Shown here: positions 1 through 11,158 of the stretch, in pieces
How positions within the stretch are numbered: position 1 is the stretch's first letter
How the letters are laid out: each line of letters opens with the position of its first letter
Source of the DNA: Nitrospirota bacterium
GTDB taxonomy: Bacteria > Nitrospirota > Nitrospiria > Nitrospirales > NS-4
Length of the DNA: 64,000 nucleotides
NCBI GenBank assembly: GCA_963788195.1
Contig: CAWBGA010000013.1
Coordinates: 352,001 to 416,000 of the forward strand
Reading direction: 5' to 3'
The notes under the pieces: generated by a model
The model's input: the letters and a program-made list of their open reading frames with translations, nothing else
Database searches by the model: none
What the model was told of the DNA's origin: nothing
Made by a program: the position numbers and the translations under genes

Positions 1-649
1 GTGTGCGCCGCCCCGGCTGTATAACCAGATCGTGGCACAGATTGCCGACGAGAGGCACTCGAATGTCGTCGAGTTCGCGCGCCTGTTGGCCCTGGTGAAC
101 ATGGCAATGGCCGATGCGGGGATTGCAATCTGGGAGTCCAAGTACTACTACCAATTCTGGCGTCCCGTCACCGCCATCCGCGAGGCCGACGACGGCACCG
201 GTCCGACCGGCGCAGGCGACGGCAATAGCGCGACCTTCGGGGACCTGAGGTTTACGCCGATGGGTGCGCCGGTCAGCAACCTGCATGGGCCGTACTTTAC
301 GCCGCCTTTTCCCGCATACCCGTCAGGGCATGCCGGCTTCGGGGGTGCTGTGTTTCAGATCCTGCGAAACTTCTACCGAACTGATCGCATCGCGTTTACC
401 TTCGTGTCAGACGAACTTAACGGCGAAACACTGGACAATAACGGGGCCCTACGGCCCCTCGTTCACCGTAGCTTTTCGTCGCTGTCACAGGCGGAGGAAG
501 AGAACGGGCAGAGCCGAATCTACCTCGGTATCCATTGGGTATTCGACAAAACCGAGGGAATCACCCAGGGTCGCCGGGTGGCGGACTATGTGTTCAAACA
601 TGCCTTGGCGCCATTGCGTGAACATGGTCGCGGTGGACATGAGCATTGA
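1..649 (+). CDS. Vanadium-dependent haloperoxidase / PAP2-superfamily protein (5' end outside window)
   Basis: Motifs WESKYYYQFWRP, TPPFPAYPSGH and SRIYLGIHW match the PAP2/vanadium haloperoxidase active-site signature; the frame is open to the window edge. Confidence 0.85.
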   Translation, partial: CAPPRLYNQIVAQIADERHSNVVEFARLLALVNMAMADAGIAIWESKYYYQFWRPVTAIREADDGTGPTGAGDGNSATFGDLRFTPMGAPVSNLHGPYFTPPFPAYPSGHAGFGGAVFQILRNFYRTDRIAFTFVSDELNGETLDNNGALRPLVHRSFSSLSQAEEENGQSRIYLGIHWVFDKTEGITQGRRVADYVFKHALAPLREHGRGGHEH

Positions 650-764
650 ATCTGTCCGAACGCAAGATCCAACCAGGACCTCTTGAATTTCCTGCGTTCA
701 CTGTGAGCAGCACTATCACTCGACGAGTGACAGAATCCCGCGAACCGGCTATCCTATCCGGATT

Positions 765-1353
765 ATGCTACCGAGACCATGGTGTTCGTTCGGCAATCAG
801 CGCGGGTCCGCCTATCTCGTCGTCATGTTTGCGGTAGTGGTGATGAGCATCAGCATGATGGCCGCTGCAAAACAATGGAAGACCGTCGTGCAGCGGGAAA
901 AGGAGGCGGACCTTCTCGCGCGAGGCATCGAGATCCAGGAGGCGATCCGCGCCTACTACACCGCGAAACAACAGCCCGTGCCCAGGGCCCCGCGAACCTC
1001 GATACTGACGGGATGGCTGGTACCCGCTGACCTTGGAAGAGCTTACCAAGGGGCCGCAACCTTTGTTGCGAAAAGTCTATAAGGACCCGATGACCGGCGA
1101 GGATTGGATTTACATCCGCGACGTGGCGACCGGGCGCATCAAAGGCGTCCGGAGCCGGGCTAAACTAACAGCGATCAAGCAGCACAAGTTTCCTCCAGCC
1201 GTCTTCCACTTCGAAGGCCTCACGCAGTACCACGACTGGGTCTTTCAATACGCACCAGCCTCGACACCTCAGGAACCGCAGGCTGCTGACAAGGTAAACC
1301 GGAGACGAAAGCAAAGAGACAAGTATGGCCGACAAGTCAACTCCGCAAGATAA
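765..1353 (+). CDS. Type II secretion pseudopilin-like protein, frameshifted near 975-1015
   Basis: ORF 765-1082 gives a prepilin-like N-terminus (NQRG-SAYLVVMFAVVVM...QREKEADLL). The next frame continues YPLTLEEL...LRKVYKDPMTG...IKGVRS...YHDWVF, the typical C-terminus of this pseudopilin family. Confidence 0.75.
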
Positions 1354-1414
1354 ATGATACCTGAAAGACTAGGTCATGCCGTCTCAGGTCGCTACTCCAG
1401 TGTCCCACGATGAC

Positions 1415-2592
1415 GTGCCGAAGCGCACGCCAGATCGAGTCCCGCGATTCCTACGGCGAGTGCCTATGACTCTCGTTATGTTAGTTCTGTCGCTTCGTAC
1501 TCCTGCATCGATCAGAGTTTTGCGCAATCACGCCACGTAGCACTTGATCAGGCTGGCTGGGAAGCGATCAGAAGCGGGAAGCTCGAGGAGGCGGGGCGCT
1601 TATTTGCCGAAGCGATCGCGGTGCGCCCTGAAGATGCGCGACTACACTTGGGCGCCGGGCTTGCGGCGCACTTACAAGGACGGGAAGAGGCTGCGCGCCG
1701 CTCATTGAAAGAAGCGCTGCGGCTCGAGCCGAAGCTCACGGCTGCCTCTTTGCTGCTCGGCGAAATCTTGTACCGCGAAGGTGAGATCGATAATGCCATC
1801 CGCATCTATGAGGCCGCGCTGGTGGTCGCTCCGGACGACCCCCAACTGCAGCACAAGCTTGGGACGTGGCGCAAAGAAGCCGCGCTGCACGGGAGTTTTC
1901 AGCAGAACCTCAGCTCTCACTTCACCGTGCTATTTGAAGGGCCGGCTGAGCAGGAACTTGCAGGGGCGGCGCTGCAGGCCCTGGAGTCCGCGTATTGGCG
2001 GATCGGCACGGAGCTCCTGGCATATCCGTCGACCATCATCATGGTGATCCTCTACACCGACGAACAGTTTCGTGACATCACGCGCAGTCCCACCTGGGCG
2101 GGAGGAGTGTACGATGGAACCATCCGGGTCCCCACGCGCGATGCCTTAAATAATCGGCCACAATTCGAAAAGGTGCTGGCTCACGAGTTTACTCATGCAC
2201 TTGTCAGCAACCTCGCGCCCGGAGGCGCTCCGACTTGGGTGAATGAGGGGTTGGCAGTGGTGTTTGAGAAGGGCGATCTGAGCTGGGCTGAGCAGCTCGT
2301 CCGTATAGCGCCCGCACTGATTCCCCTCGCACAGTTGCATAACGGGTTTCTCCGGCTGCCGGAGGAGCAGGTGCCCCTGGCCTATGCCGAGAGCGCGCTT
2401 GCGGTGCGAATGCTTTTAGACCGGGCCGGGCCGCTGACCCTGGCCATGCTCTTAAAAGACCTTGATGCCAGACAGGACTTCGCCCTGGCTTTTGATCATC
2501 GCTTCTCTCTTTCTTATGTTGAGTTTCAAACCCTATGGCACCAGCCCTTTCGCAAAAAAGAGGCAGACACCACGTCTTTGGGATCCGGGTAG
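1415..2592 (+). CDS. TPR-repeat protein with peptidase MA-like (gluzincin) domain; signal-peptide part frameshifted near 1495
   Basis: TPR-like helices followed by LAHEFTH...WVNEGLA zinc motif. The frame is open upstream of 1621 without a start; GTG at 1415 in another frame gives a signal-peptide-like leader. Confidence 0.75.
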
Positions 2593-2780
2593 CCTAGTTC
2601 ATCATGGGGCGGTCATCTGCGTAGGCCAAGTAACGCAGCACTTTCAGTATAATCGCCAACCCGGTAGAATGGTAAGTTGGATTGATTATCAAGTGGTTAA
2701 GGTGTAAGGTTCTGGCACACAAATAGACGCCTCACAGGAGGCCTACAGCCGTTGCCACAGCACGTGTCAGACAGTTGAGC

Positions 2781-5097
2781 ATCGTCGAAAACAAATAGAT
2801 ACCTACGGGTTTTTATATTTGTCGTAACGGCGTGTCTTGCCGGTTGCGCTGGATCAAAAGAGCCGGAGCGGATTTCTGCGGACCTCCTCATGGAGCAGGG
2901 CAAATGGGAGGAGGCGATCGTCGCCTACCAGGAGGTGTTGAAGGGAGACCCCTTCAATCCCGCCGTACAGTCCAAGCTTGCCGTGGCGAAGGGACTCGCG
3001 GCCACCGGCTATGCGGATCAGGGCCGGGCGTTCCTGAAGGAGCACAAGACCCAATTGGCGCTGGAATCCTTTAAGCGTGCGTTGATGTTGGAACCGTCGC
3101 GCGTGGAGATTCAACAACTCGTCGCGCAGGCATTGCGTGCCAAAGAGGCCGAGGACAATCTCTTGAATGGACAGAAGTTATTAAAAGCAGGGCGATTGGA
3201 AGAGGCTGCTGAAGCGATGGAACAGGCGCTGCAATTTGACCCGAGCCTTACGGAGGCCCAGGACGCGCTCGTTCAGATTGCCGAAGCGCAACGCGCCGCC
3301 AAGGGGAAAGGCCTGTTCTCCAGCGCCTCGCGACAGCCCGTTACGCTGAAATTTCAGAACGCGCGCATGAAAGAGGTTTTCGAGGTCCTTGCCCGTGCGG
3401 GCGGGATCAATTTTCTTTTCGACAAGGACCTGAAGGACGATCCCATCACGATTTTTGTCAAGGACGCCAGCTTCGAAGAGGCACTCAATTTAATTCTCAA
3501 GACCCAAAACCTTTTCATGCGGCACGTGGCTCCTGAGACCATCCTGATCGTACCTAAAAACAAGCAAAAGATGGATCAGTACCAGGATCTCTTGATCCGC
3601 ACGTTCTACATCTCGAACGGCAAAGCGAAGGACCTCGTCAATCTGCTGCGCACCATGCTGGAGAGCAAGCGGGTCTACGTGAACGAGGACGTGAACGCCA
3701 TCGTTATCCGGGACAGCCCTGACAAGGTCAAGCTCGCGGAGCGAATTATTTACGCGAACGATCGCAAGCCCGGCGAGATCATGTTTGAGATCGAAGTGCT
3801 GGAGGTGGATAAGACCAAGAGCGACAGGTTCGGCGTAAACTTTCCGAAGCAGCTCGGCGCAGCCCTCGTTCCGCCGGGGACCACCACGTTCCCCGCTGCA
3901 GGCACAGCAACGACGTTCAGTCTTGCTCAGTTGACCTCGCTGGGGCCGTCGAGCTACCTGTTCCTCCTCCCGTCGAGTCTCATTCTCGATTTCTTTAAGT
4001 CTGAGTCCGAAGCCAAGACCCTGGCGAACCCCAAGCTTCGCGTGGTCAATAACAAGGTGGGCAAGATTAATATCGGTGACAAGGTGCCGATCCTGTTGTC
4101 CACCACCAGTACGATTCCAGGCGTAGTGCCAGGCACGGTTCCGACGCAGTCGACGATCACCTCGATTGAGTTTAAGGACACCGGAGTCAAGCTCTCGATC
4201 GAGCCCACCCTGCATCTCAATTTTCAGGTGAGCATCAAGCTGCAAATCGAAGTCACCAGGCTCGGTGATCGCGTCACGTTGCAAGAAAACCCCCTCATCC
4301 AACAATTCAGATTTGGAACGCGCACGGCCGAAACAACCCTCACGCTGAAAGACGGCGAGAGCGTCGTGCTCGGGGGACTGATTCAGGACGAGGACCGCAC
4401 CACGGTTCAGAAAGTACCGGGGCTCGGGGATATCCCGGCGCTCGGTTGGGTCTTCAAGGTTGAGACCAAGGACGTGGTCAGGACGGATGTCCTTCTGACA
4501 ATCACGCCGCACATCGTCCGCAGTCTCGAGATGCCCAACGCCGAGGACCAGGCTTTCTGGTCGGGCACAGAGGAAACCTATGCGCTAAAGCCGCTCTTCA
4601 CGGAGACCGCGGCTGTCGCAGAGGGCTCACCCGCCTTCGCCTCCATCAAGCCGCCAACGAGGCCCGCTACCGGCGCGCCCCTCAAACCGGTGATGCTCAG
4701 TGTCCGTCCCCCGGATGCGATCGGCATCCTGGGACAGCAAACGACTGTAGACGTGCTCGTGGACAACGTTGAAGGCCTTCTCGAATCGGGCTTTACCATG
4801 ACCTACGATCCTAAAGTCCTGGAATTTCGCGAGGCGCAGCAAGGCGAGTTCCTGAAGCAAGGGGGGACCGCGACGATGAGCGTCGACGCGAATCCGGTTA
4901 CGGGGACGGTGGCCATTCAGCTGAGACGCGGGGAAGGTGATCGGGGTGCCAGCGGTAGCGGCGTGCTTGCCAGCTTGACGTTTCTCGGCAAAGCCCCAGG
5001 GGTTTCACTGCTCGGGCTTGAGGCGCCGACGCTCATGGACGCCGGGAAGACGGCGCTGTCGGCAGGAAGCAGCCAGGGTGTTGTGAGGGTGCGGTGA
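2781..5097 (+). CDS. Secretin (GspD/PilQ family) with lipobox, TPRs and C-terminal cohesin-like domain
   Basis: Secretin motifs (LANPKLRVVNN, FKDTGVKLSIEP, VLGGLI, KVPGLGDIPALGWVF, ITPHIVR). In-frame upstream of 2890 is KTNRYLRVFIFVVTACLAGC (lipobox); 'atcg' at 2781 may be a corrupted ATG. The C-terminus (MTYDPKVLEF...GSGVLASLTF) is cohesin-like. Confidence 0.9.
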
Positions 5098-5591
5098 AGT
5101 CTGAGTCGGGGATAACTTTACTGGAGCTTTTGATCACGATCACGATCATCATGGTCGTGGCGTCGGCCGCCATGCCAATCAGCAAGATGGTGGGCAAGCG
5201 CACCAGAGAAATTGAGCTCCGCCAGGAACTTCGCATGATCCGGGCGGCAATCGACATCTTTAAGTTCGAGTGGGACCGTAAGGTCGGCACACTCTGCACC
5301 AAAAATAAGATCACGTGCGAGGAAGTCAGCGGGGTGTCGGGATATCCGAAATCCTTGGATGTCCTGTTGAAAGTGGACCTCACCGGAGATCAGGCGGCGG
5401 TGAAAGGGGCCACGGTGCGGCGATATCTGCGCAAGCTCCCCGTCGATCCCATGACCAAGAAGACCGATTGGAAGTTGCGGTGCTACTCGGACGCGCCCGA
5501 TGCCTCTTCATGGTGCGGGGAGGACATCTATGACCTGTCCTCCGTAAGCGCGGACGTCGCGCTTGACGGCAGCAAATATAAAGACTGGTAG
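5094..5591 (+). CDS. Pseudopilin (GspG-like)
   Basis: Prepilin motif G-ITLLELL; YPKSLDVL...YLRKLPVDPMT...DIYDL. Confidence 0.85.
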   Translation: MKSESGITLLELLITITIIMVVASAAMPISKMVGKRTREIELRQELRMIRAAIDIFKFEWDRKVGTLCTKNKITCEEVSGVSGYPKSLDVLLKVDLTGDQAAVKGATVRRYLRKLPVDPMTKKTDWKLRCYSDAPDASSWCGEDIYDLSSVSADVALDGSKYKDW

Positions 5592-5594
5592 GAA

Positions 5595-5969
5595 ATGAAC
5601 ATCCAGAGGCAAGGGGGATTCACGCTTCTCGAACTGATGACGATCATTGTCATCATCGGCATCCTTGTGACCCTGGCGATCCCCTCCTATCGCGGAGCTG
5701 TGATCAAGGCCCGCGAAGCGGTGCTCCGACACGATCTCTTCACAATCCGTGATGTGCTGGATCAATATCGGGGCGACCAGGGTAAATATCCACCCAGCCT
5801 GAACGACTTGGTCAAATCCGGATATCTTCGCGCGGTTCCGGTCGATCCGATCACGTCATCCAACAGCACCTGGCAGGAGATCATTGAAACTACCGAGGGC
5901 GGGATTTTCGACGTCCATTCAGGATCAGACCTGGTGGCGTCAACCGGGACACCATACAACGAATGGTAA
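5595..5969 (+). CDS. Pseudopilin (GspG-like)
   Basis: G-FTLLELM prepilin motif; GKYPPSLNDLV...YLRAVPVDPIT. Confidence 0.9.
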   Translation: MNIQRQGGFTLLELMTIIVIIGILVTLAIPSYRGAVIKAREAVLRHDLFTIRDVLDQYRGDQGKYPPSLNDLVKSGYLRAVPVDPITSSNSTWQEIIETTEGGIFDVHSGSDLVASTGTPYNEW

Positions 5970-6730
5970 CGCATAGTCCGTGTCACTGTGGCTGCTTCCG
6001 GTCTTGTTTGATGACGGGATGTGCTGCATCGGGGCCAACCATCAAAGACTATCAGTTGATGACGCAGGCACTTCAGGCGGAGGTGCGACAGGCCCAGCGG
6101 ACTATTACCGACCTTGAGGCGCAGTGGCAGGCGCTGCAACGAGATCTCGGAGAGGCACGTACGGTCAAGGCGCGGCTTGAGGGCGATATGCTCAATGCGG
6201 AGCGGAGATTACTCGAGGCGCGCCATATCGTGGAATTACAGCGCGAGGAACTGTCGCGTGCCACGGCCGAGCGGCAGCGAGTGACTCAAAACGCGCGCGA
6301 GGAGCACGTGTCATTGCAAGCGCAACTACAAGCACAACTGACAGAGATCAGCCGGTTGAACCAGCAGGTGGCAGATGCTCAAACCGAGCGGGCTCGACTG
6401 CAGACGATGGATGACTTGATCGCGCGTCAAGTCAATGAAATGGCCGAGCTGAAGGCCGCCATCCAGGAGGCATTGCGCCGGCCCGTGCTCAAACCCGCGG
6501 AGAACATTCCGCCTGCTTTCCGGCCATCAGCGATCGTGATTCCAGCTGCCGCCTACAGCGATCCTTCCGCTCTGTTTTCGAAAAGTGTAATCGTGCGCCG
6601 GGGCGACTCGTTGTGGGTCCTGGCCCGTCGCTACGGCATCTCGCTCGACGACCTCATAACGGTGAACGGGCTCAAGAGCGACTTGATCATCCCCGGGCAG
6701 AAACTGCGTCTTCCAGACCCACCTCCCTGA
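5963..6730 (+). CDS. Coiled-coil lipoprotein with C-terminal LysM domain
   Basis: Lipobox-like LMTGC, long coiled coil, LysM (VRRGDSLWVLARRYGISLDDLITVNGLKSDLIIPGQKLRLP). Confidence 0.85.
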   Translation: MVTHSPCHCGCFRSCLMTGCAASGPTIKDYQLMTQALQAEVRQAQRTITDLEAQWQALQRDLGEARTVKARLEGDMLNAERRLLEARHIVELQREELSRATAERQRVTQNAREEHVSLQAQLQAQLTEISRLNQQVADAQTERARLQTMDDLIARQVNEMAELKAAIQEALRRPVLKPAENIPPAFRPSAIVIPAAAYSDPSALFSKSVIVRRGDSLWVLARRYGISLDDLITVNGLKSDLIIPGQKLRLPDPPP

Positions 6731-6735
6731 GCGAC

Positions 6736-7947
6736 ATGTCGGTCTACCTCTATAAAGCGGCGCGGGCGGATGGGACTACCTTCGAGGGCAGCATGGAAGG
6801 CGCGAACGAGCAGACGGTTCGCGCGCAACTCGAAGGACAGGGCTGCTTCGTTTTCCGGCTGCGCTCGCGAGGAAGCTGGTTAGCCGTCCCTGGCTTCAAT
6901 TTCCGGGTGCGACAGGGCATCAGCCGACAGGAATTTTTGGTGTTCAATCAGGAATTCCTTGCGTTAGTGAAAGCCGGCCTCCCGATCCTTCGCGCGTGGG
7001 ATTTGTTGATCGAACGCACGCGCCGGCCTGTTTTTCTGTCTGTTCTCCAGACGATCCGTCAGGACATTCGCAACGGTGTGTCGCTCTCCGGCGCGCTGGC
7101 GCAACACCCGCAGCTTTTCCCCGAACTGTATGTCGCTACCATCAAGGCCGGCGAATATTCGGGGAATCTGTCCGAGGTCCTCCAGCGCTATATCGGCTAT
7201 CTAAAGTTGATGATCGGCCTGAAGCAGAAGATCAGCAAGGCGATGGCCTACCCTGCATTCCTTGTTCTGACGGGGATCGCCGTCGTCGGGTTCTTGCTCA
7301 CCTACGTACTGCCGACATTTTCTACCATCTATGGCGATGCCAAGAACCTGCCTGCTCCGACGCTGGCATTGATGTCGGCGGTCAATGTCCTTCAGGCGCA
7401 TCTGGTGACCTTCGGCTTGGGGCTACTAGGGGTGATCCTGGCCGGCCGCCTGTGGCTTCGCACAAATGCAGGGCGAGAGGTGTGGGACCGCGTTGCTCTC
7501 AGGCTGCCGCTTGTCGGCGATCTTCTCGTAAAACATCATACGATCCAGCTTACGCGCACCTTGGCCACGATCTTCGCGGGGGGCATTCCGTTGCTGGAGG
7601 CCCTTCGGATCATCGCTGAGGGCGAATCGAATCGGTTCCTCGCGGCAGGCCTCAAGGGCACGATCGAACAGGTCCGCGGAGGCGTCCGGCTTGCGGCCGC
7701 CTTGCAACAAACGGGGATTTTGCCGCACATGGCGGTGGAGATGATCGCGGTAGGGGAGGAGACAGGCTCGCTGGATATGATGCTCCGCGATATCGCGGAG
7801 TTTCACGAAAACGAACTGGACCAGCGCCTGAGCCAGCTCACCACTTGGATCGAGCCGGCCCTTCTCTTGGTCATGGGTGTGATTGTCGGAGGCATCGTCA
7901 TTGTCATGTATCTGCCTATTTTCGAGATGGCCGGCACGGTGCAGTAA
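6736..7947 (+). CDS. pilC: Inner-membrane platform protein (GspF/PilC)
   Basis: AGEYSGNL, AMAYP, VGEETGSL and IEP...MYLPIF motifs; ATG at 6736. Confidence 0.93.
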   Translation: MSVYLYKAARADGTTFEGSMEGANEQTVRAQLEGQGCFVFRLRSRGSWLAVPGFNFRVRQGISRQEFLVFNQEFLALVKAGLPILRAWDLLIERTRRPVFLSVLQTIRQDIRNGVSLSGALAQHPQLFPELYVATIKAGEYSGNLSEVLQRYIGYLKLMIGLKQKISKAMAYPAFLVLTGIAVVGFLLTYVLPTFSTIYGDAKNLPAPTLALMSAVNVLQAHLVTFGLGLLGVILAGRLWLRTNAGREVWDRVALRLPLVGDLLVKHHTIQLTRTLATIFAGGIPLLEALRIIAEGESNRFLAAGLKGTIEQVRGGVRLAAALQQTGILPHMAVEMIAVGEETGSLDMMLRDIAEFHENELDQRLSQLTTWIEPALLLVMGVIVGGIVIVMYLPIFEMAGTVQ

Positions 7948-7952
7948 CAACG

Positions 7953-9695
7953 ATGGGACAACCGCCGATTACCTTTTCACGTAAAGCTCTGGCAGATCTT
8001 CTGCTCGAGAAAGGTCTGCTCTCCCGCGAGCAGCTCGACGGCGTTATGGGCAAGATGAACGGGGGCCGGGTGTCGCTTTCTCAGGTGCTGATCGATCAAG
8101 GCTTGCTTCGTGAGGAAGAATTGGCGACGGTGCTCGCCGAGCAATGTGGGCTGGTCTATGATCCACTCAAAGACTATCGGGTGAACCAGCAGTACTACCA
8201 AACCATCCCCGTGGAGTTGATGCACCGGCATCCATTTGTTCCCCTACGTGAGCAGGACGGAGTCCTGCGACTGGCGATTGCCGATCCGCATGACCTGCCG
8301 GCCCTGGATGAATTGGAGATCCTTTTGGGCCGGCCTTTCACGATCGTCATCAGCACCCGATCTGCAATCCTCAAGGCGCTGTCCCGAAGCGAAGGCTCAA
8401 ACCAAGCGCTCAAGGAACTCGAAGCGGAATACCGGTCGGTCCTGGTCAAAGAGGACGACCGCGGGGAAGAGGTGCTGTCGGTCGAGACGATCACCAAGGA
8501 TCAAAGTCCGGTGGTCAAATTGTTGGACACCATAATCTTGAGCGCGCTCCAGAAACGGGCGAGCGACATCCATATCGAGGCGAGCGATGAGGCGGTGCAG
8601 GTGCGACTGCGCTTGGATGGCATCCTGACGCCCGCCATGGAACCCCTGGATGCCAAGCTGCACGCGCCGCTGATCTCGCGGCTCAAAGTCATGTCGGAAC
8701 TGGACATCGCGGAGCGGCGGGTCCCGCAAGACGGCCGGTTCCGCATGCGCATGGATCACAAGACGGTGGACTTTCGCGTGTCCATCCTGCCCAGCGCGTA
8801 TGGCGAGTCCGTGGTGATCCGCATTCTTGATCGCGAGGCGATCACGGCGGGGGTGACGGCGCTCCGACTCGATAGCCTCGGGTTTAACCGCGAGGACCTG
8901 CGGAAGTTTCGTCGCTCGATCACGGAGCCGTACGGCATGGTCCTGGTGACCGGCCCCACCGGCAGTGGGAAGACCACGACGCTCTATGCCGCGATCAGCG
9001 AAATCAACATTGCGGACGATAAGATCATCACGATCGAAGACCCCGTGGAATACCAGCTTTGCGGGGTGGTGCAGATTCCGGTGAATGAAAAAAAGGGCCT
9101 GACGTTCGCGCGAGGGCTGCGGTCCATCCTGCGGCATGACCCGGACAAGATCATGGTCGGTGAGATCAGGGATGCGGAGACCGCGCAGATCGCGATCCAG
9201 TCCGCGCTCACGGGACATCTGGTCTTTACGACCGTCCATGCCAATAACGCGTTCGACGTCATCGGCCGATTCGTGAACATGGGTATTGAACCCTACAACT
9301 TCGTGTCCTCGCTGAACTGCATCCTGGCGCAGCGGTTAGTCCGTACGCTTTGCATGAACTGCCGGGAGGAAGCTGCGCTGGATCAGGCGCTGGCTCAAGA
9401 GTCCGGGCTGGACTACACGCAGTTTAAGGATGTGCCGGTATATGAACCTCGTGGCTGCCCCGAGTGTCACAACACCGGCTTTCACGGCCGTCAATGCATT
9501 ACAGAGTTCCTGGACCTGACCCACCCGGTGAAGGAGATGATCCTGGACAAAAAACCGCCGTCGGAGATTCGCAAGCTTGTAGTGGCGGAAGGGATGACCA
9601 GCTTGCGAGAGGCGGCCCTGGAGAAAGTGTGGTCGGGCGCAACCTCCTTAAAGGAGATTAACCGCGTGACGTTTATCGAACAGTCGAGACGATGA
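7953..9695 (+). CDS. pilB: Assembly ATPase (GspE/PilB)
   Basis: ASDIHIE, Walker A GPTGSGKTT, TIEDPVEY, LRHDPDKIMVGEIRD, tetracysteine CxxC...CxxC. Confidence 0.95.
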   Translation: MGQPPITFSRKALADLLLEKGLLSREQLDGVMGKMNGGRVSLSQVLIDQGLLREEELATVLAEQCGLVYDPLKDYRVNQQYYQTIPVELMHRHPFVPLREQDGVLRLAIADPHDLPALDELEILLGRPFTIVISTRSAILKALSRSEGSNQALKELEAEYRSVLVKEDDRGEEVLSVETITKDQSPVVKLLDTIILSALQKRASDIHIEASDEAVQVRLRLDGILTPAMEPLDAKLHAPLISRLKVMSELDIAERRVPQDGRFRMRMDHKTVDFRVSILPSAYGESVVIRILDREAITAGVTALRLDSLGFNREDLRKFRRSITEPYGMVLVTGPTGSGKTTTLYAAISEINIADDKIITIEDPVEYQLCGVVQIPVNEKKGLTFARGLRSILRHDPDKIMVGEIRDAETAQIAIQSALTGHLVFTTVHANNAFDVIGRFVNMGIEPYNFVSSLNCILAQRLVRTLCMNCREEAALDQALAQESGLDYTQFKDVPVYEPRGCPECHNTGFHGRQCITEFLDLTHPVKEMILDKKPPSEIRKLVVAEGMTSLREAALEKVWSGATSLKEINRVTFIEQSRR

Positions 9696-10592
9696 AATTT
9701 GCACATCCCCGATGCGCCTTAAAGCTCGGCCCCACCCATGCTGCGTGGGTGGACGTCTCCAGGCGCTGGTGGGGAGGCTCGCGGCATCACGCACAGCAGA
9801 TTGACCTTCCCTCCGGTTTGCTGCGGCCCTCTCAGGAGGAACGGAATATCACCGACGAGACGCTCCTGCTGGAAAGGGTGCGCCCTCTGGTCGCCGGCTG
9901 CCTCCAAGCGGTGGTCGCTCCGGCCTATCGTTCTGATTCTGTCGGATCTGTGCGTCCGGAGTCGGCTGCTCGAACTAGAACAGGTTCCGCCGCGAAGAAT
10001 TGAACGGGATGCGCTCATCCGCTGGCGACTGGACAAGGAGGCATTTCCGATAGCGGGCAGCCGCGTTGTGTCCCAGATGGTCGGACCGAAGACGGTGTTG
10101 GCCGTCGTTATCCGGCAGACGGTGCTCGAGCAGTACGAAGCGGTCTGTCGCGCAGCCGGGTTGCTCGCCGTAGATATCGACATTGCCGGCTTTCGTCTGT
10201 GCAACCTGAGCATGTCTCTTGTGCCTCCGCAACAAACCGTCGCTTGGTTAGGCCTTCTAGACGGCGGCTTTAGCCTGATCATTTTACGCGATCAACGTCC
10301 CGTCTTTATTAGAACCAAGATTCAAGCGCGCTCGACTTCCGGTGCGGTCCTGCAAGACCTCCAGGACTCGCTTGCGTACTGCCGCGAACGACTCGGCATC
10401 GGCGAGATTCGCAGGCTCATTCTGGTGGCTGCAAGCGCCGGCGTCGAATTGGAAAATCTCCTCGGCACGGAGCTTGGGCTGGAGGTCATCCGGCCCGACT
10501 GGAACGAGATACCGCCGAAAAGGCGGCTGTCCGGCGATGATCCCGATCATGCAGGGATGCTGGCCGCCGCCGCCGGAGTTTTCGGGTCGTGA
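9692..10592 (+). CDS. PilM-like cytoplasmic alignment protein, frameshifted near 9896
   Basis: N-terminus in ORF 9692-10003 and remainder in ORF 9738-10592 (YEAVCRAAGL motif); lies between pilB and pilN with overlapping start/stop codons. Confidence 0.65.
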
Positions 10593-11158
10593 ATATCCGT
10601 CCGTTTCGCATCAATCTCAGCACGCACCCCGGCCGTCATGTCGCGGTGATGCATGTCGGACTTGGCCTCCTGTCATTGCTGTTCATTGCTCTCATCGCCT
10701 GGGATTGGCGACAAGCTGAAATCATTCGTGAGCAGGGCCGAATGGTGGAGCAGGCGACCGCAAGGGTTCGGGAGCAAGACCAGCAGCTTCAGGCTCATGC
10801 CAAGGCGAACATGCTGGACGTGTCGGACGCAGTTCTTCAGAGACTCCCGCGGGATGTAGCGTTCGCCAACCAATTGATCGCGAGGCGTGCCTTTTCTTGG
10901 ACGCATTTTCTTCGTGACCTTGAAGCAGCGGTCCCTGAGGGGATCGCCATCCAGAACATCAAGGTGGACGTGAAAGCCTCCTCCATTGTCATGGGGGGTA
11001 CCGCGAGCGGCTTAAAAGAGCTCACTGCCTTAATCATCGGCCTTGAAGACCATCCGGCATTTCAGCAGGCCGTACTCGGTCAACATCGAACCTTGGACAG
11101 CGGTTTCGTGGAATTCGGGTTGACAGTGCACTATAAGGCAACCACGCAGGGCGTTTGA
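10589..11158 (+). CDS. PilN-like protein
   Basis: INL motif, one TM helix, coiled coil, SWTHFLRDLEAAVPEGI ferredoxin-like domain. Confidence 0.8.
   Translation: MNIRPFRINLSTHPGRHVAVMHVGLGLLSLLFIALIAWDWRQAEIIREQGRMVEQATARVREQDQQLQAHAKANMLDVSDAVLQRLPRDVAFANQLIARRAFSWTHFLRDLEAAVPEGIAIQNIKVDVKASSIVMGGTASGLKELTALIIGLEDHPAFQQAVLGQHRTLDSGFVEFGLTVHYKATTQGV

Noticed and set aside
3490..4512. Long antisense ORFs (also 8397-9239, 38256-38912, 38837-39451)
   Set aside because: Shadow ORFs of GC-rich genes with clear products on the opposite strand.
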